Shown one piece after another: positions 40,904 to 50,321 of a stretch of 64,000 bases of DNA (position 1 is the stretch's first letter; each line of letters starts with the position of its first letter). Source of the stretch: an uncultured delta proteobacterium (lineage in GTDB: Bacteria > Desulfobacterota > WTBG01 > CAIYCZ01). A program made the position numbers and the translations under genes. The notes below the pieces were generated by a model, which saw nothing but the letters and a program-made list of their open reading frames with translations, ran no database searches and had not been told where the DNA came from. The stretch spans positions 128,001 to 192,000 of the forward strand of contig CAWDOY010000001.1 of the NCBI GenBank assembly GCA_963803975.1, in the 5' to 3' direction.

Positions 40904-41662
40904 CTATTTTTTGATTTTTGTCTCTACCGGCTCCCCGGGAGCGTAGCCACCCATTTCAGGGATGAGTGTTTCAAGATTTTCTTTCAGCGCCTGGTTTTTT
41001 TCGAGATCGGTTTTGACCGCCTCGATTTTTTTAACGTACTGCTCGCTGTTGAGCAGCTCGAAATTCCAGCGCGGTATATTTTTATCCATGGCAGCTGCCC
41101 CGGTTTTGTCCACCGCGTCAATGGCGGCCTTGTAATCCGAGAGCGCGTCACGTATCACGCCCTGGACTTTGTCGGCGTTTTTTTCTTCATCAAGCATGAC
41201 AAAGGCCTTCAGCAGCCTGGCTGAGGCGGCAACGTTATACAGCTGCCACATAACCTCCGGCCGCAGCTCACCGCCGCCGGTCAGCGTGCTGCTGCAGCGG
41301 TCAAGCATGGCGTCAAGGTGCTCCTTCAGGCGGGCGTTGTAGACAGGGACATCCTGCTCCAGCGCAGCATTATAGCGGCACATCTGGACAGATTTCAGCA
41401 GTGCCAGGGCGCTATGCCACTGCCGCTGCAGGATCCGCAGCTGCACTTCAGGCAGGGTGGCTCCGAGCTTCAGGTATGCGGCCGTTGCCCGGGCGTCATC
41501 GGTTATGGCATCAGCAGCTTCAACCTCCTGCTGAAACGTGCGGCTGTTGCGTTCGCGCTCCCTGAGGCTCTGATAACGGGAGATGTTTATGATGCTGTAC
41601 AGCAGCGACAGTGCGGCCGTGAGCACGGCCCCATACATCATTAGTGTGCGTTTTCCAGTCAT
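40904..41662 (-). CDS. Membrane-anchored helical/TPR-like protein, MxaK/BatC-like
   Basis: N-terminal TM; LYNVA..DYKAAI..RWNFELL resembles MxaK-type 'YN-G..Y-AL..KYNLE'; position between two VWA genes. Confidence 0.5.
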   Translation of the reverse strand: MTGKRTLMMYGAVLTAALSLLYSIINISRYQSLRERERNSRTFQQEVEAADAITDDARATAAYLKLGATLPEVQLRILQRQWHSALALLKSVQMCRYNAALEQDVPVYNARLKEHLDAMLDRCSSTLTGGGELRPEVMWQLYNVAASARLLKAFVMLDEEKNADKVQGVIRDALSDYKAAIDAVDKTGAAAMDKNIPRWNFELLNSEQYVKKIEAVKTDLEKNQALKENLETLIPEMGGYAPGEPVETKIKK

Positions 41663-41668
41663 GGTTGA

Positions 41669-42772
41669 TCAGATTTTTCTGTAATAAGGGTTTATCTGTA
41701 AAAAACAGTATATAAGGAGCGCGCAAAGGGTGCACGCGCCAAGGATCCAGCGCGTATCCTTTTTGCGCTTAACAATTTTTTCCAGGAAGCGGTTCTTTTC
41801 CATGGCATTGATTTCATTGTAAACCTCGGTGATTTTCTGCCTGCTGAAAGTCCGCGGCATGTAGAATATGTGCCCGGCCGTGGATTCTCCCTCAGGCCCT
41901 TCAAGGGCGATACGTATGTCGCTGGTGACGTCTCCCGCCACCACAATAAGATACAGTTTAATCCCGAGCTGCTTGACCAGTGCCACCACGTTGAGAAAAT
42001 TGAGCAGCCCCTTTTTCGCATCTTCCTCACTTTTGCTGGCCTCTATGCGGCCGTCGGTAAACAGCACGATGGCCATTCCCTGCCCGAAATGAATCTTTTT
42101 CAATTTCTCCGGAATGGCTATGGAAGCGCCTGATCTGCCCACCAGCGCGTAGCGCAGGTCGTTTATCTCCTCGTAGGAGGGCTGATCTTCCTCCGGCAGC
42201 AGCATGAAGAATACGCATACGGCAAGCCAGGCAGCGTAGGACGCATTGGTTGCGCCGCCCACGGTCAGCTCCCGGAAAATATAGGAATCAGCCCGCCTGC
42301 TCAACAGCTCAAGCTTTTGCTTCAGAATGCTCTTATCAAAAGCAGGGGGGGCGATTACCCTGGCAAAGCTTGAAAACGCCACAATGCCGATCAGATCATC
42401 CGTGCTGCGCATATCGATAAACGCGCGCGCGCCATCGAGCGCCACATCGCCGAGCGTGATGCGGCCGCCCTCATCGCCGGGCCTTCCCATGGAGCCGGAA
42501 AGATCCTGCACCAGCATGATCCATTTGGATTCAAGAAATGTCCTGTGCCAGTAGCTGGAGTACTGGATGTTGGCTATGGCAAAAACGATGAGCACCATGA
42601 CGAGCCCTGCCAGCATGTCCGCTGCGTACTTTTTTACAGGCCCTGGCTCAAGGCTGCTGCCCAGCATCGCGACCCGCGAAAATCCGGTTTTAACAGACGT
42701 TTTTTTCTGCAGGTACAGCACCGCCGGAACAAGCGCTAACAGGAGCAGTGCCCATGGGTATTGAATGCTCAT
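41669..42772 (-). CDS. VWA-domain membrane protein, MxaC/BatA-like
   Basis: YPWALLLL N-terminus; MIDAS DLSGSM, DLIGIVAFS, GATN, LFTDG; EINAMEK plus C-terminal TM. Confidence 0.8.
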   Translation of the reverse strand: MSIQYPWALLLLALVPAVLYLQKKTSVKTGFSRVAMLGSSLEPGPVKKYAADMLAGLVMVLIVFAIANIQYSSYWHRTFLESKWIMLVQDLSGSMGRPGDEGGRITLGDVALDGARAFIDMRSTDDLIGIVAFSSFARVIAPPAFDKSILKQKLELLSRRADSYIFRELTVGGATNASYAAWLAVCVFFMLLPEEDQPSYEEINDLRYALVGRSGASIAIPEKLKKIHFGQGMAIVLFTDGRIEASKSEEDAKKGLLNFLNVVALVKQLGIKLYLIVVAGDVTSDIRIALEGPEGESTAGHIFYMPRTFSRQKITEVYNEINAMEKNRFLEKIVKRKKDTRWILGACTLCALLIYCFLQINPYYRKI

Positions 42773-42782
42773 AGCGTGTATC

Positions 42783-44380
42783 TTACGCTGCTGCCTGCGA
42801 CCCGGTCAGGTCAAGCAGACGCAGGATTTCCATTCTGATCTGATCGATCTCCGGGCAGCTTTCCTGCTCAAGGGCGACAGCGTTATCAATGGCTGCCAGC
42901 ACCGTCTCCAGGGGGTCAAGATACTGCCCGGGGATATAGTTCCTGACGCTGTCGACAAAGTAGTGCGCGCTGCCGCCGGGCAGTGTACGGCTGTTGCCGT
43001 AGCGAGCCACTACATACTCGCGCAGCAGCGTTCCCGCCTCGTGAGATAGTGCCAGTGGGCGTGCGCGGGGGCAGCCTGCACCAGCACCCGCAGCCGTTCA
43101 GCAAGCAGGTCTTCTCTGGTCCGGAGCGTGAGGAGCCGCTGTTCTTGCCGCTGCCGGAAGAATAGAACAGCTACCCATCCCAGGCACAGGATACACACCA
43201 GCAACCCTCCCGCTGCCTGCCACAGGCTGCTCTGCGCCTGGTAATGCAGGGCGGAAGCCTGATAATCGGGCTGGACAGGCTTTGAGGGCACCAGCAGCCG
43301 GAACTCCTCTTTCACGGCCGGGACCATGGACGCGACCCGGAATGGTATTGGCCGGGTCTCCACAGAGCGAACGGTCTCCCCCGAACAGGCGGGGCAGGTA
43401 TAGCTCACGGTGACCGCCGGAATTACAAATTCGCCGGGGGCGAAGAATTTAATGCGACCCGTGATGATAACCGGGCTTTTGCTGATGACCTTGGTATAAT
43501 CATAGGGGTCAAAGCTGCAGTCAAAGAGCTCCTTTTGAATAGACGCGGGCCGGAGATTGATGTTTGCAATAGAGCTGGGGTCGATGCTCACCCGGTCGGA
43601 AAACAGGATGGTAAAGGTAAACGGGACCGTGTCACCGATGCGCCCGCCACTCATGGCAAGCGCCAGCTGCACTCTGATGGAAGGCTTAAGCTCTACGAGA
43701 TAGGGCCTGGCCCGGAGCACGCTGATATCTTCAGCGAGCAGGTTCAGCGCCTTGAAAAACGGGATTTCGAGAACATTCACCCGGTAGATGTTCTCTTTTT
43801 CATCGTACCCTGCCTGCGCCTGCTTCAGCAGGGCAGCTCTTCGCTCCCGGTCGGCACTTGCCTTCCACTCCAGGTCAAAAATATTGAAAAACGCCCAGGT
43901 TTTATCTTTAAGGATTATGGCCGGGTGAGTATAGAGCACCGCTTCGTCCTGGTTGAGCTGGTTTATGATTTCTTTCAGCTCATCCCGCTTCAGGCCCTCG
44001 CGCAGCCGGAAAAAGCAGGCGTCCTCGGCGATGTTTGCGTCATAAAAATAGTCAATAAGGCTGCTGCGGCTTTTAATGAGCGCTTTTGCTTTCTCCGGGA
44101 TAAACGTGTCGTAGGTGTCCTCAAGTCCGTTGGCCGCACCGGCGTAGCGGGAGTCAAACACGACGGTGAGCCACGTCATGCTGATGTCAGGCATTATTTT
44201 AGTGCTGCCATCATAAAACCAGATGTCGTCGAAGTTGAATGGGGCAGGAGCTTTTTTCTCCAGGGCGTTCGCGCTGAAGCGCGTCACTGCGGCGGCAGGA
44301 GCATGGACTGCCGAAATGCCGAGCGCCACGAGGAGCGTGATACAATATTTTTTTGTTAAGCAGTGTTTCCTACTGTGCAT
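42783..44380 (-). CDS. Exported protein with C-terminal TM, MxaA/BatD-like (frameshift near 43040)
   Basis: Signal peptide; RIGDTV..FFAPGEFVIPAVTVSY..V-S BatD-like beta modules; late TM. The 5' extension to 44521 runs through a repeat. Confidence 0.5.
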
Positions 44381-44425
44381 AGAACTATAGCCGAAGATTA
44401 TTTGTAATTTGTCTGTCTCACCAGT

Positions 44426-44554
44426 ACCCCCTCTGACTCCCCCTTGGCCCATCGGCCGTGAGCAACTCGGCCTTGAACTCGTTGCCGAAAGGCTCAGGGC
44501 CGAACGGCAGGGGGAGAACATTGCCCCTTCTTACCAAGGAGGGGCAGGGGAGGT
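44426..44554. repeat. Nested REP-like palindromic element inside the operon
   Basis: CTCCCCCT..GGGGGAG and CCCCTTCTT-ACC-AAGGAGGGG hairpins enclosing CCGTGAGC..GCTCAGGGCCGAACGG. Confidence 0.55.
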
Positions 44555-44616
44555 CGATAAATGCACTATAATACTTCCTGAGAGATAAATTCTCATATCT
44601 ATATATGTGTAAGAAT

Positions 44617-45494
44617 CTAATAGGTTAACGGAGCCCGTTGCATGAACTCATGTAACTTGTTGGTACGGTCATCTTCAGGCGTTATCGTCACCAGGGGAAT
44701 ACCGGCCCGTAAGAGTCGGTTGCCCAGCGTCTCCCGCCCCTGCGCCATGGTTTCATTATAAGCCTTCCATTTGCTCACATCAAGCAGCCTGGTTGCGCCG
44801 GTTTCATAATCATAGAGCGGCAGCAGGCCCCGGGAGTACGGGGGCAGCGCCACCTCGCTTTCTTCAAGCACCTGCACTGCCTTCACATCGTGTTTGTTGG
44901 TGCCGTGGACCGTGCGGTGGAAGCTGTAGCTGAAGTCAAGCGGATACATGAAGTCCGACAGAATAAACGTCAGGCTTTCGGGGACTTCAGTGACCAGCTT
45001 GGTCAGGGCGATCTGCAGGCTGGTGGAGCGGCACGCCACTGGTTCCGCGCGGGCAATGGCCGCAAGAATCTCCATGAAATGAGACCGGCCCATGCGCGGC
45101 GGAATATAGCTGACGATGTCATCGGCGAACAGGATCAGCCCGCAGCCGTTGTTGCTCATGATGGCGCTGTAGGCAAGCGACACCGCGATGTGCGCCTGGA
45201 GCAAGCTCCTTGCGGCCGAAGCTCACTGATGCTGCTGATGTCGTAGAGCAGCATGACGTTGAAATAGCTTTCGGCAAGGTACTCCCGCACGTAATATTTC
45301 CCGGTCTTTGCTTTTGCCTTCCAGTCGATGTTTTTAAACGGGTCGGTCGGCTCAAGCTCCCGCAGCGACCAGAATTCATAGCCCAGGCCTTTGAAGGTGC
45401 TTTCCCAGTCACCGGGAAACGGCGCGTTCACCCGGTGATTGATAAATATATCAAGCAGCTCTTTTTTTGACAGCAGGCTCTGTTCTGTTTTCAT
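44617..45494 (-). CDS. DUF58 domain protein, MxaS-like (frameshift near 45220)
   Basis: KGLGYEFWSLRE..DPFKNIDWKA.AKTG..VREY; FILSDF; directly follows moxR. Confidence 0.85.
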
Positions 45495-45502
45495 AGTGCC
45501 CG

Positions 45503-46526
45503 TCAGTACGGCCGTATGGTCTGCAGTATCTCCTGCACCAGCATGTCGGAGGTTATCTGCTGGGAAAGGGCACTGCTGTTGAGCAGGATGCGGTGCCTGA
45601 GGACGTGAACTGCACAGGTGGCCACATCATCAAAGGTGACAAAATCCCGCTGCCGACAGAAGGCATAGGCCTTTGCCAGCGCCAGCAGCGACTCTGTCGC
45701 ACGCGGCGAGGCCCCGAGCCGGATATACTGGTGCACCTCGCTGGCTGCAGCCTGCTCTTTATAGGTTTCATTCGGCCGGGTGGCAATGCAGATATTTAAA
45801 ATGTAGTTCATGACCTTCCGGCCCACCCGCACCCGGTCATGGATGAGCTGCTGGATGGCAATAATATCCTCAAGGCTGAAAACCTTCTGCACCGCTGCTT
45901 TCAGCTGGTCGAAATTGGAATTTTTTCTCTGCATGCAGCTCAAACTCCTCATCCTTGTGCGGATACCCGACATCATATTTTACCATGAACCGGTCAACCT
46001 GGGATTCCGCCAGGGGATAGGTGCCGATCTGCTCAATCGGGTTCTGGGTCGCCAGCACCATGAAGGGATTGGGTATCGCATAGCTCAGGCATTCGATGGT
46101 TACTTCCTTTTCCTGCATCGCCTGCAGCAGCGCGGACTGAACCTTCGGCGATGCGCGGTTTATTTCGTCGGCGAGAAAAATGTTGCAGAAAACGGGGCCG
46201 AAGTAAAAATCAAATTTCCTGTCCTTCTCATTCCACACCATGGTGCCGGTTATGTCGCTGGGCATCTTGTCCGGGGTGAACTGGAAGCGTTTGAAATTGC
46301 CGCTGATCACTTTTGCAAAGGTTTCAACAACAAGGCTCTTTGCCAGGCCCGGGACCCCCTCCAGCAGTATATGGCCCTTTGCCAGAAGCGCATACAGTAT
46401 GAGGTTGATCATCTCCTCCTGGCCGATCACAACTTTTGCGATCTCAGCTTTTACCTGCTGGATCTGTTGTGCATACCGGGTGAACTGCTCTTTCGTGCCG
46501 TCACCCGCTGTCACCTGATTCTGCAT
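45503..46526 (-). CDS. moxR: MoxR-family AAA+ ATPase, MxaR-like (frameshift near 45915)
   Basis: HILLEGVPGLAKS, RFQFTPD, LADEINRA, ATQNPIEQIGTYPL.E.Q.DRF, GASPRA, VLRHRI. Confidence 0.92.
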
Positions 46527-46578
46527 ATGAAAGGTCCCCGTTGTTACGGCATCAGCATACCAGCCATGCTACATATAT

Positions 46579-47610
46579 TCAAACCGCTTGCGGTACTTTA
46601 TAATCAAGATAGAGAAAAAACGGGCCGCCCAGCAGCGACGTGACAATCCCGATCTTCAGGTCAACCTTAACGATAAGCCGGACAAACAGATCGGCATAGA
46701 TAATAAAGACTGCCGCCAGCAGCCCGGCAAAGAAAACGAGCTTCCGGTTGTCCGGGCCGATCAGGCTGCGCATAATGTGCGGGGCAATCAGCCCGACAAA
46801 ACCGATAACTCCCGATACGGCAATCGCGCCCCCGGTCTCGATGGATGAAAATAAGAGGAGCGCATTGCGTGCCTGCTTGATATTGACGCCCAGATTGGAC
46901 GCTGTTTCTTCTCCGAGCATGAGGATATTCAAATCCCTGACATAGAACAGGGTCCCTGCCAGCGCTACGACCGTGGTGGGGAATACTATGCTCACATGCT
47001 CCCAGGAGCGGTTGTTCAGATCGCCCATGAGCCAGGTCACGATCACCCGGCCCACATCAAACTCCCTGGTGCTCAGGGTGATGACAAAGGAGGTCAGTGC
47101 GCCGAATACTAAATTGAGCGCTATCCCCGCGAGCAGCAGCGTTGATACCGATGTCTGCCCCCGGGAGGTCGCGATGGCAAAGACCATGACCAGCGTCAAC
47201 ACGGCAAACAGTATGGCGGCAAGGGGCAGGGCAAACAGCGAATGGGCTGCCAGGCCGGCATAGATCGCCAGCACCGCGCCCAGCGCCGCCCCTGAGTCAA
47301 TACCCATAACCCCCGGGCTTGCCATGGGGTTCTTGAAGATTCCCTGCATGATGGTGCCGGCGCCGCCGAGAGAAAATCCCACCAGAAGCGCAACCAGGAA
47401 GCGGGGCAGCCTGCCGTCCCAGACGATGGCGGCTTCAACGTCGCTGACGCTTCCTGTATAGAACCCGAGTTTTGCAAGAATAATTTTAAATACATCTATA
47501 ATGGCAATGGGCCACTCCCCTGACGTCAGGGTAAAAAAACCCCCCAGTACAATGAGCCCTGACAATGCGCCGGCCAGCAGCGCTTCTGAAGCCTTAGGGC
47601 TGTTGCGCAT
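46579..47610 (-). CDS. BtuC/FecCD-family ABC permease
   Basis: RLPR, QGIFKNPMASP, WLMGDL, LGEETASNLGV, GVIGFVGLIAPH, GGPFFL. Confidence 0.9.
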   Translation of the reverse strand: MRNSPKASEALLAGALSGLIVLGGFFTLTSGEWPIAIIDVFKIILAKLGFYTGSVSDVEAAIVWDGRLPRFLVALLVGFSLGGAGTIMQGIFKNPMASPGVMGIDSGAALGAVLAIYAGLAAHSLFALPLAAILFAVLTLVMVFAIATSRGQTSVSTLLLAGIALNLVFGALTSFVITLSTREFDVGRVIVTWLMGDLNNRSWEHVSIVFPTTVVALAGTLFYVRDLNILMLGEETASNLGVNIKQARNALLLFSSIETGGAIAVSGVIGFVGLIAPHIMRSLIGPDNRKLVFFAGLLAAVFIIYADLFVRLIVKVDLKIGIVTSLLGGPFFLYLDYKVPQAV

Positions 47611-48643
47611 ACAAAACTCCGGCAAGCAGATCGGCGCTTAAGAGCATGAACTGGGAATCAACCCGCAGATACACCCCGGGAACATAATACACTTTTCCCT
47701 GTTTATGGCCTGCGCAAAGGAGAGAACCTTATTGGACATCAGCAGCTCTCTCAGCTTGCTTCCCCGGGGAACGATAATAACATCGGGGTTCCATTTAAGC
47801 AGTGTTTCATTATCAATCTGCGACCAGGATTTAATGCCCTGCTCAGCCCCGACATTAACGGCGCCGATGATGCTGCAGATGGAATTAAAGTTTGATGACC
47901 GGCCCGGGATATACCCGCCTTCATCGTAATAGAGCACACGAACCGGCTTGTTGCCACCGGGGATGTCTGACTTCAGTGCCGCGATTTTTGCATCGATTAG
48001 ATTAACCAGTGCCTGCGCATTGGCTCTCTTCACCGACAATTTTTCCGATGAGCAGGATCTGCTCTTTAATGGACTCAATTGATACCAAAATAGCCGAGGT
48101 CAAAACAGGGGATCTTCGCCTGTCTGAGCTTTTCTTTAAAATCAGCGCCGGAATAAAAAACGGTAAAGACCAGGTCCGGCTGAAAGCCGATAACCAGCTC
48201 TGTCTGTTTTGATTTAAAAATCGGGCCCCGCTGCCGTACTTCATCTGCAATAAAGCTGAATTCAGGATCAGCGGAAAATTCATTGAAGGCTACCAGCCGC
48301 TCACGCGGGCAGATTGCCCATAATATCTCTGCAACGCCCACCGCGTGGGGAATTATGCGCACGGGCTGCTTCGCCAGGGTGAACGCTTTTTCTTCCTGCG
48401 GAAGGCATCAGTCTTAAAATCATACACCTTGAAGGTATAGGGTATGGTGCGCGGCCAGCTGTTGGTTTGCGCTTCACCCCTGACCAGGCTCAGCGCTTTT
48501 TTTAAATCATTCATGGGCAGGGGAGGGGAACCGTCCGGACTGCGCGCTGCCCCGCCGCGGGAGAGCAGCAGGCAGCAGAGACAGCAGGCCAGGTTACTGA
48601 GAAGCTTCGCGCACGCTGCAGACCACCGACGACTGTTATGCAT
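47594..48643 (-). CDS. BtuF/FecB-family cobalamin/iron substrate-binding protein (about 3 frameshifts)
   Basis: Joined ORFs 48353-48670, 48075-48362 and 47638-48078: RII....AEILWAI, E.VIGFQPDLV, ETLLKWNPDVII. Confidence 0.7.
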
Positions 48644-49400
48644 AAAAATCGAGAAAAGTGGCGCTGTCATTTTTGATATTCCCGTACCTGCACATCAAAT
48701 ACCTGTTTAATATTCTCCGGGGAGAACGCATCCTGCGGCGAGCCGGTATAAAATATTCTTCCCGCGATGAATAATTGATATCGTATCGCAGAATTTTCTG
48801 CGCAAGGTTCAGATCGTGCATGGTTACCAGGATGGTTTTGCCCTGCGCCCGCAGTTCGAACAGAATGTTCATAATTGCCAGCGTGTGCTTGATATCAAGC
48901 TCGGCGGTCGGCTCATCCAGCAGTATCAGGGATGCTTCCGTTGCCAGGGCGCGGGCGATTATCGCCAGCTGGCCTTCTCCGCCGGACAGCTCATTGATGA
49001 TTCGGTCCTTTAGTGCATACATAGCGGTCTGCTGCAATGCCCGCTCGATTATTTCCCGGTCCTTCTGCTGCACCCCTTCAAAGCGTCCCAGATGCGGGTT
49101 GCGCCCCATGGAAACAATATCAAACACCGAGATGGGAAAACTGACCGCGGTGTTTTGCGGCACCAGCGTAACCAGCCTGCTCAGCTCTTTTCTCGGTATG
49201 GTGCGGTAGTTTTTGCCCTCTATCAGGATGGTGCCGGACTGCGGCTCCCATATCCGGCAGACATTTTTCAGCAGGGTTGATTTGCCGGAGCCGTTCGGGC
49301 CGATGATGCCGTGAATTTTGCAGGGTTCAAAATGGACTGAAACCCCGTCAAGGATTTTTTTATCTTCAATTGAAAAATGGATATCCTGTATTGTGAGCAT
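48636..49400 (-). CDS. BtuD/FecE-family ABC ATP-binding protein (3' frameshifts)
   Basis: GPNGSGKSTLL, VSMGRNPH, ELSGGE, LLDEPT..LD, MHDLNLA. Confidence 0.9.
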   Translation of the reverse strand: MLTIQDIHFSIEDKKILDGVSVHFEPCKIHGIIGPNGSGKSTLLKNVCRIWEPQSGTILIEGKNYRTIPRKELSRLVTLVPQNTAVSFPISVFDIVSMGRNPHLGRFEGVQQKDREIIERALQQTAMYALKDRIINELSGGEGQLAIIARALATEASLILLDEPTAELDIKHTLAIMNILFELRAQGKTILVTMHDLNLAQKILRYDINYSSREEYFIPARRRMRSPRRILNRYLMCRYGNIKNDSATFLDFYA

Positions 49401-49412
49401 ACGGCAACAGTC

Positions 49413-50196
49413 CTATGAGCACAGCCTGAATTTGTATGCAACCGGCAGAATAAATTTTGCTACCACGACACAGAAGAAACCAAAATATACGGATATGCTT
49501 ATTGCCGCTGCTGTCAGGTCCGGGGAGAATTCAGCGGTTATGCCCAGTGCCGCCCAGATGAAAATCTGCCCCAGCAGCAGCTGAAAGTTCTGGGCCAGGG
49601 TATATATTACCCAGAAGTTCTGCGAGAGCTTGAAAATTTCGCCCCTGCGGATTTTTATCTCAATGATTTTAAACCAGGTCCGGCCCTCAACAATCTGGGA
49701 CGATCCGTCGCACACATGGTGCAGCAGATACAGTACTACCAGCAGGTGGGGAGCAAAAGAGAGGCTCTGAAAGAAGTATTTAAAAACCGGCGGAAAGCAC
49801 AGCAGCAGGCAGACTGCCCCCAGGGACTGGCCGATGGCGATTGCCCACCTGCGCCCTGATTAAGCGGGGAATCTGCAGGCGCGGGTCCTGCGCGACCTCC
49901 AGCTGATCTATGAATTCCGATGTGTAGGTGCTCGAAATCATGGTTATCCCCGGATAGGCGTATTTCACCAGCACCCCCAGGATTGCAGCAACTTTCAGCT
50001 CCTGCTCGGCCATTAAAAACATGGTATAGAGAATCACGCCGTCAAGGATGTTTTTCCCGATAGTATAGCAGATATTGCCCGCCTCGCCATAGCGATAAAA
50101 GGGCACTGAGATAAGGGCTGAAATATATAATTTTATTTTTTGCGGTAAAGCCGGGGGTGTGTAGCCGGGGTATGTTGTTGTCTGGTCTTTTTCCAT
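49413..50196 (-). CDS. Hypothetical ~6-TM membrane protein (start uncertain; frameshift near 49845)
   Basis: ORFs 49780-50280 and 49413-49715 join into one hydrophobic multi-pass protein. Confidence 0.5.
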
Positions 50197-50274
50197 CTGC
50201 AGAAGCTCGGCAATGGCTCTGACCTGTTTTGAAGAATCCCGGTGGTGCTGTCTATTCGGGGAAGAAACAAACGA

Positions 50275-50315
50275 AAGCACAAAAGGGGCACTGACTGCAT
50301 GCCCCTTTTGTGCTT
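50275..50315 (-). terminator. Strong hairpin/terminator after eutBC
   Basis: Perfect 16-bp inverted repeat AAGCACAAAAGGGGCA / TGCCCCTTTTGTGCTT. Confidence 0.75.
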
Positions 50316-50321
50316 CAAGGA

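Noticed and set aside
43535..44359. 274-aa plus-strand ORF
   Set aside because: Antisense shadow of the MxaA/BatD-like gene within a minus-strand operon.
44381..44521. N-terminal extension of ORF 43010-44521
   Set aside because: Runs through a REP-like palindrome; the signal peptide begins after ATG 44380.
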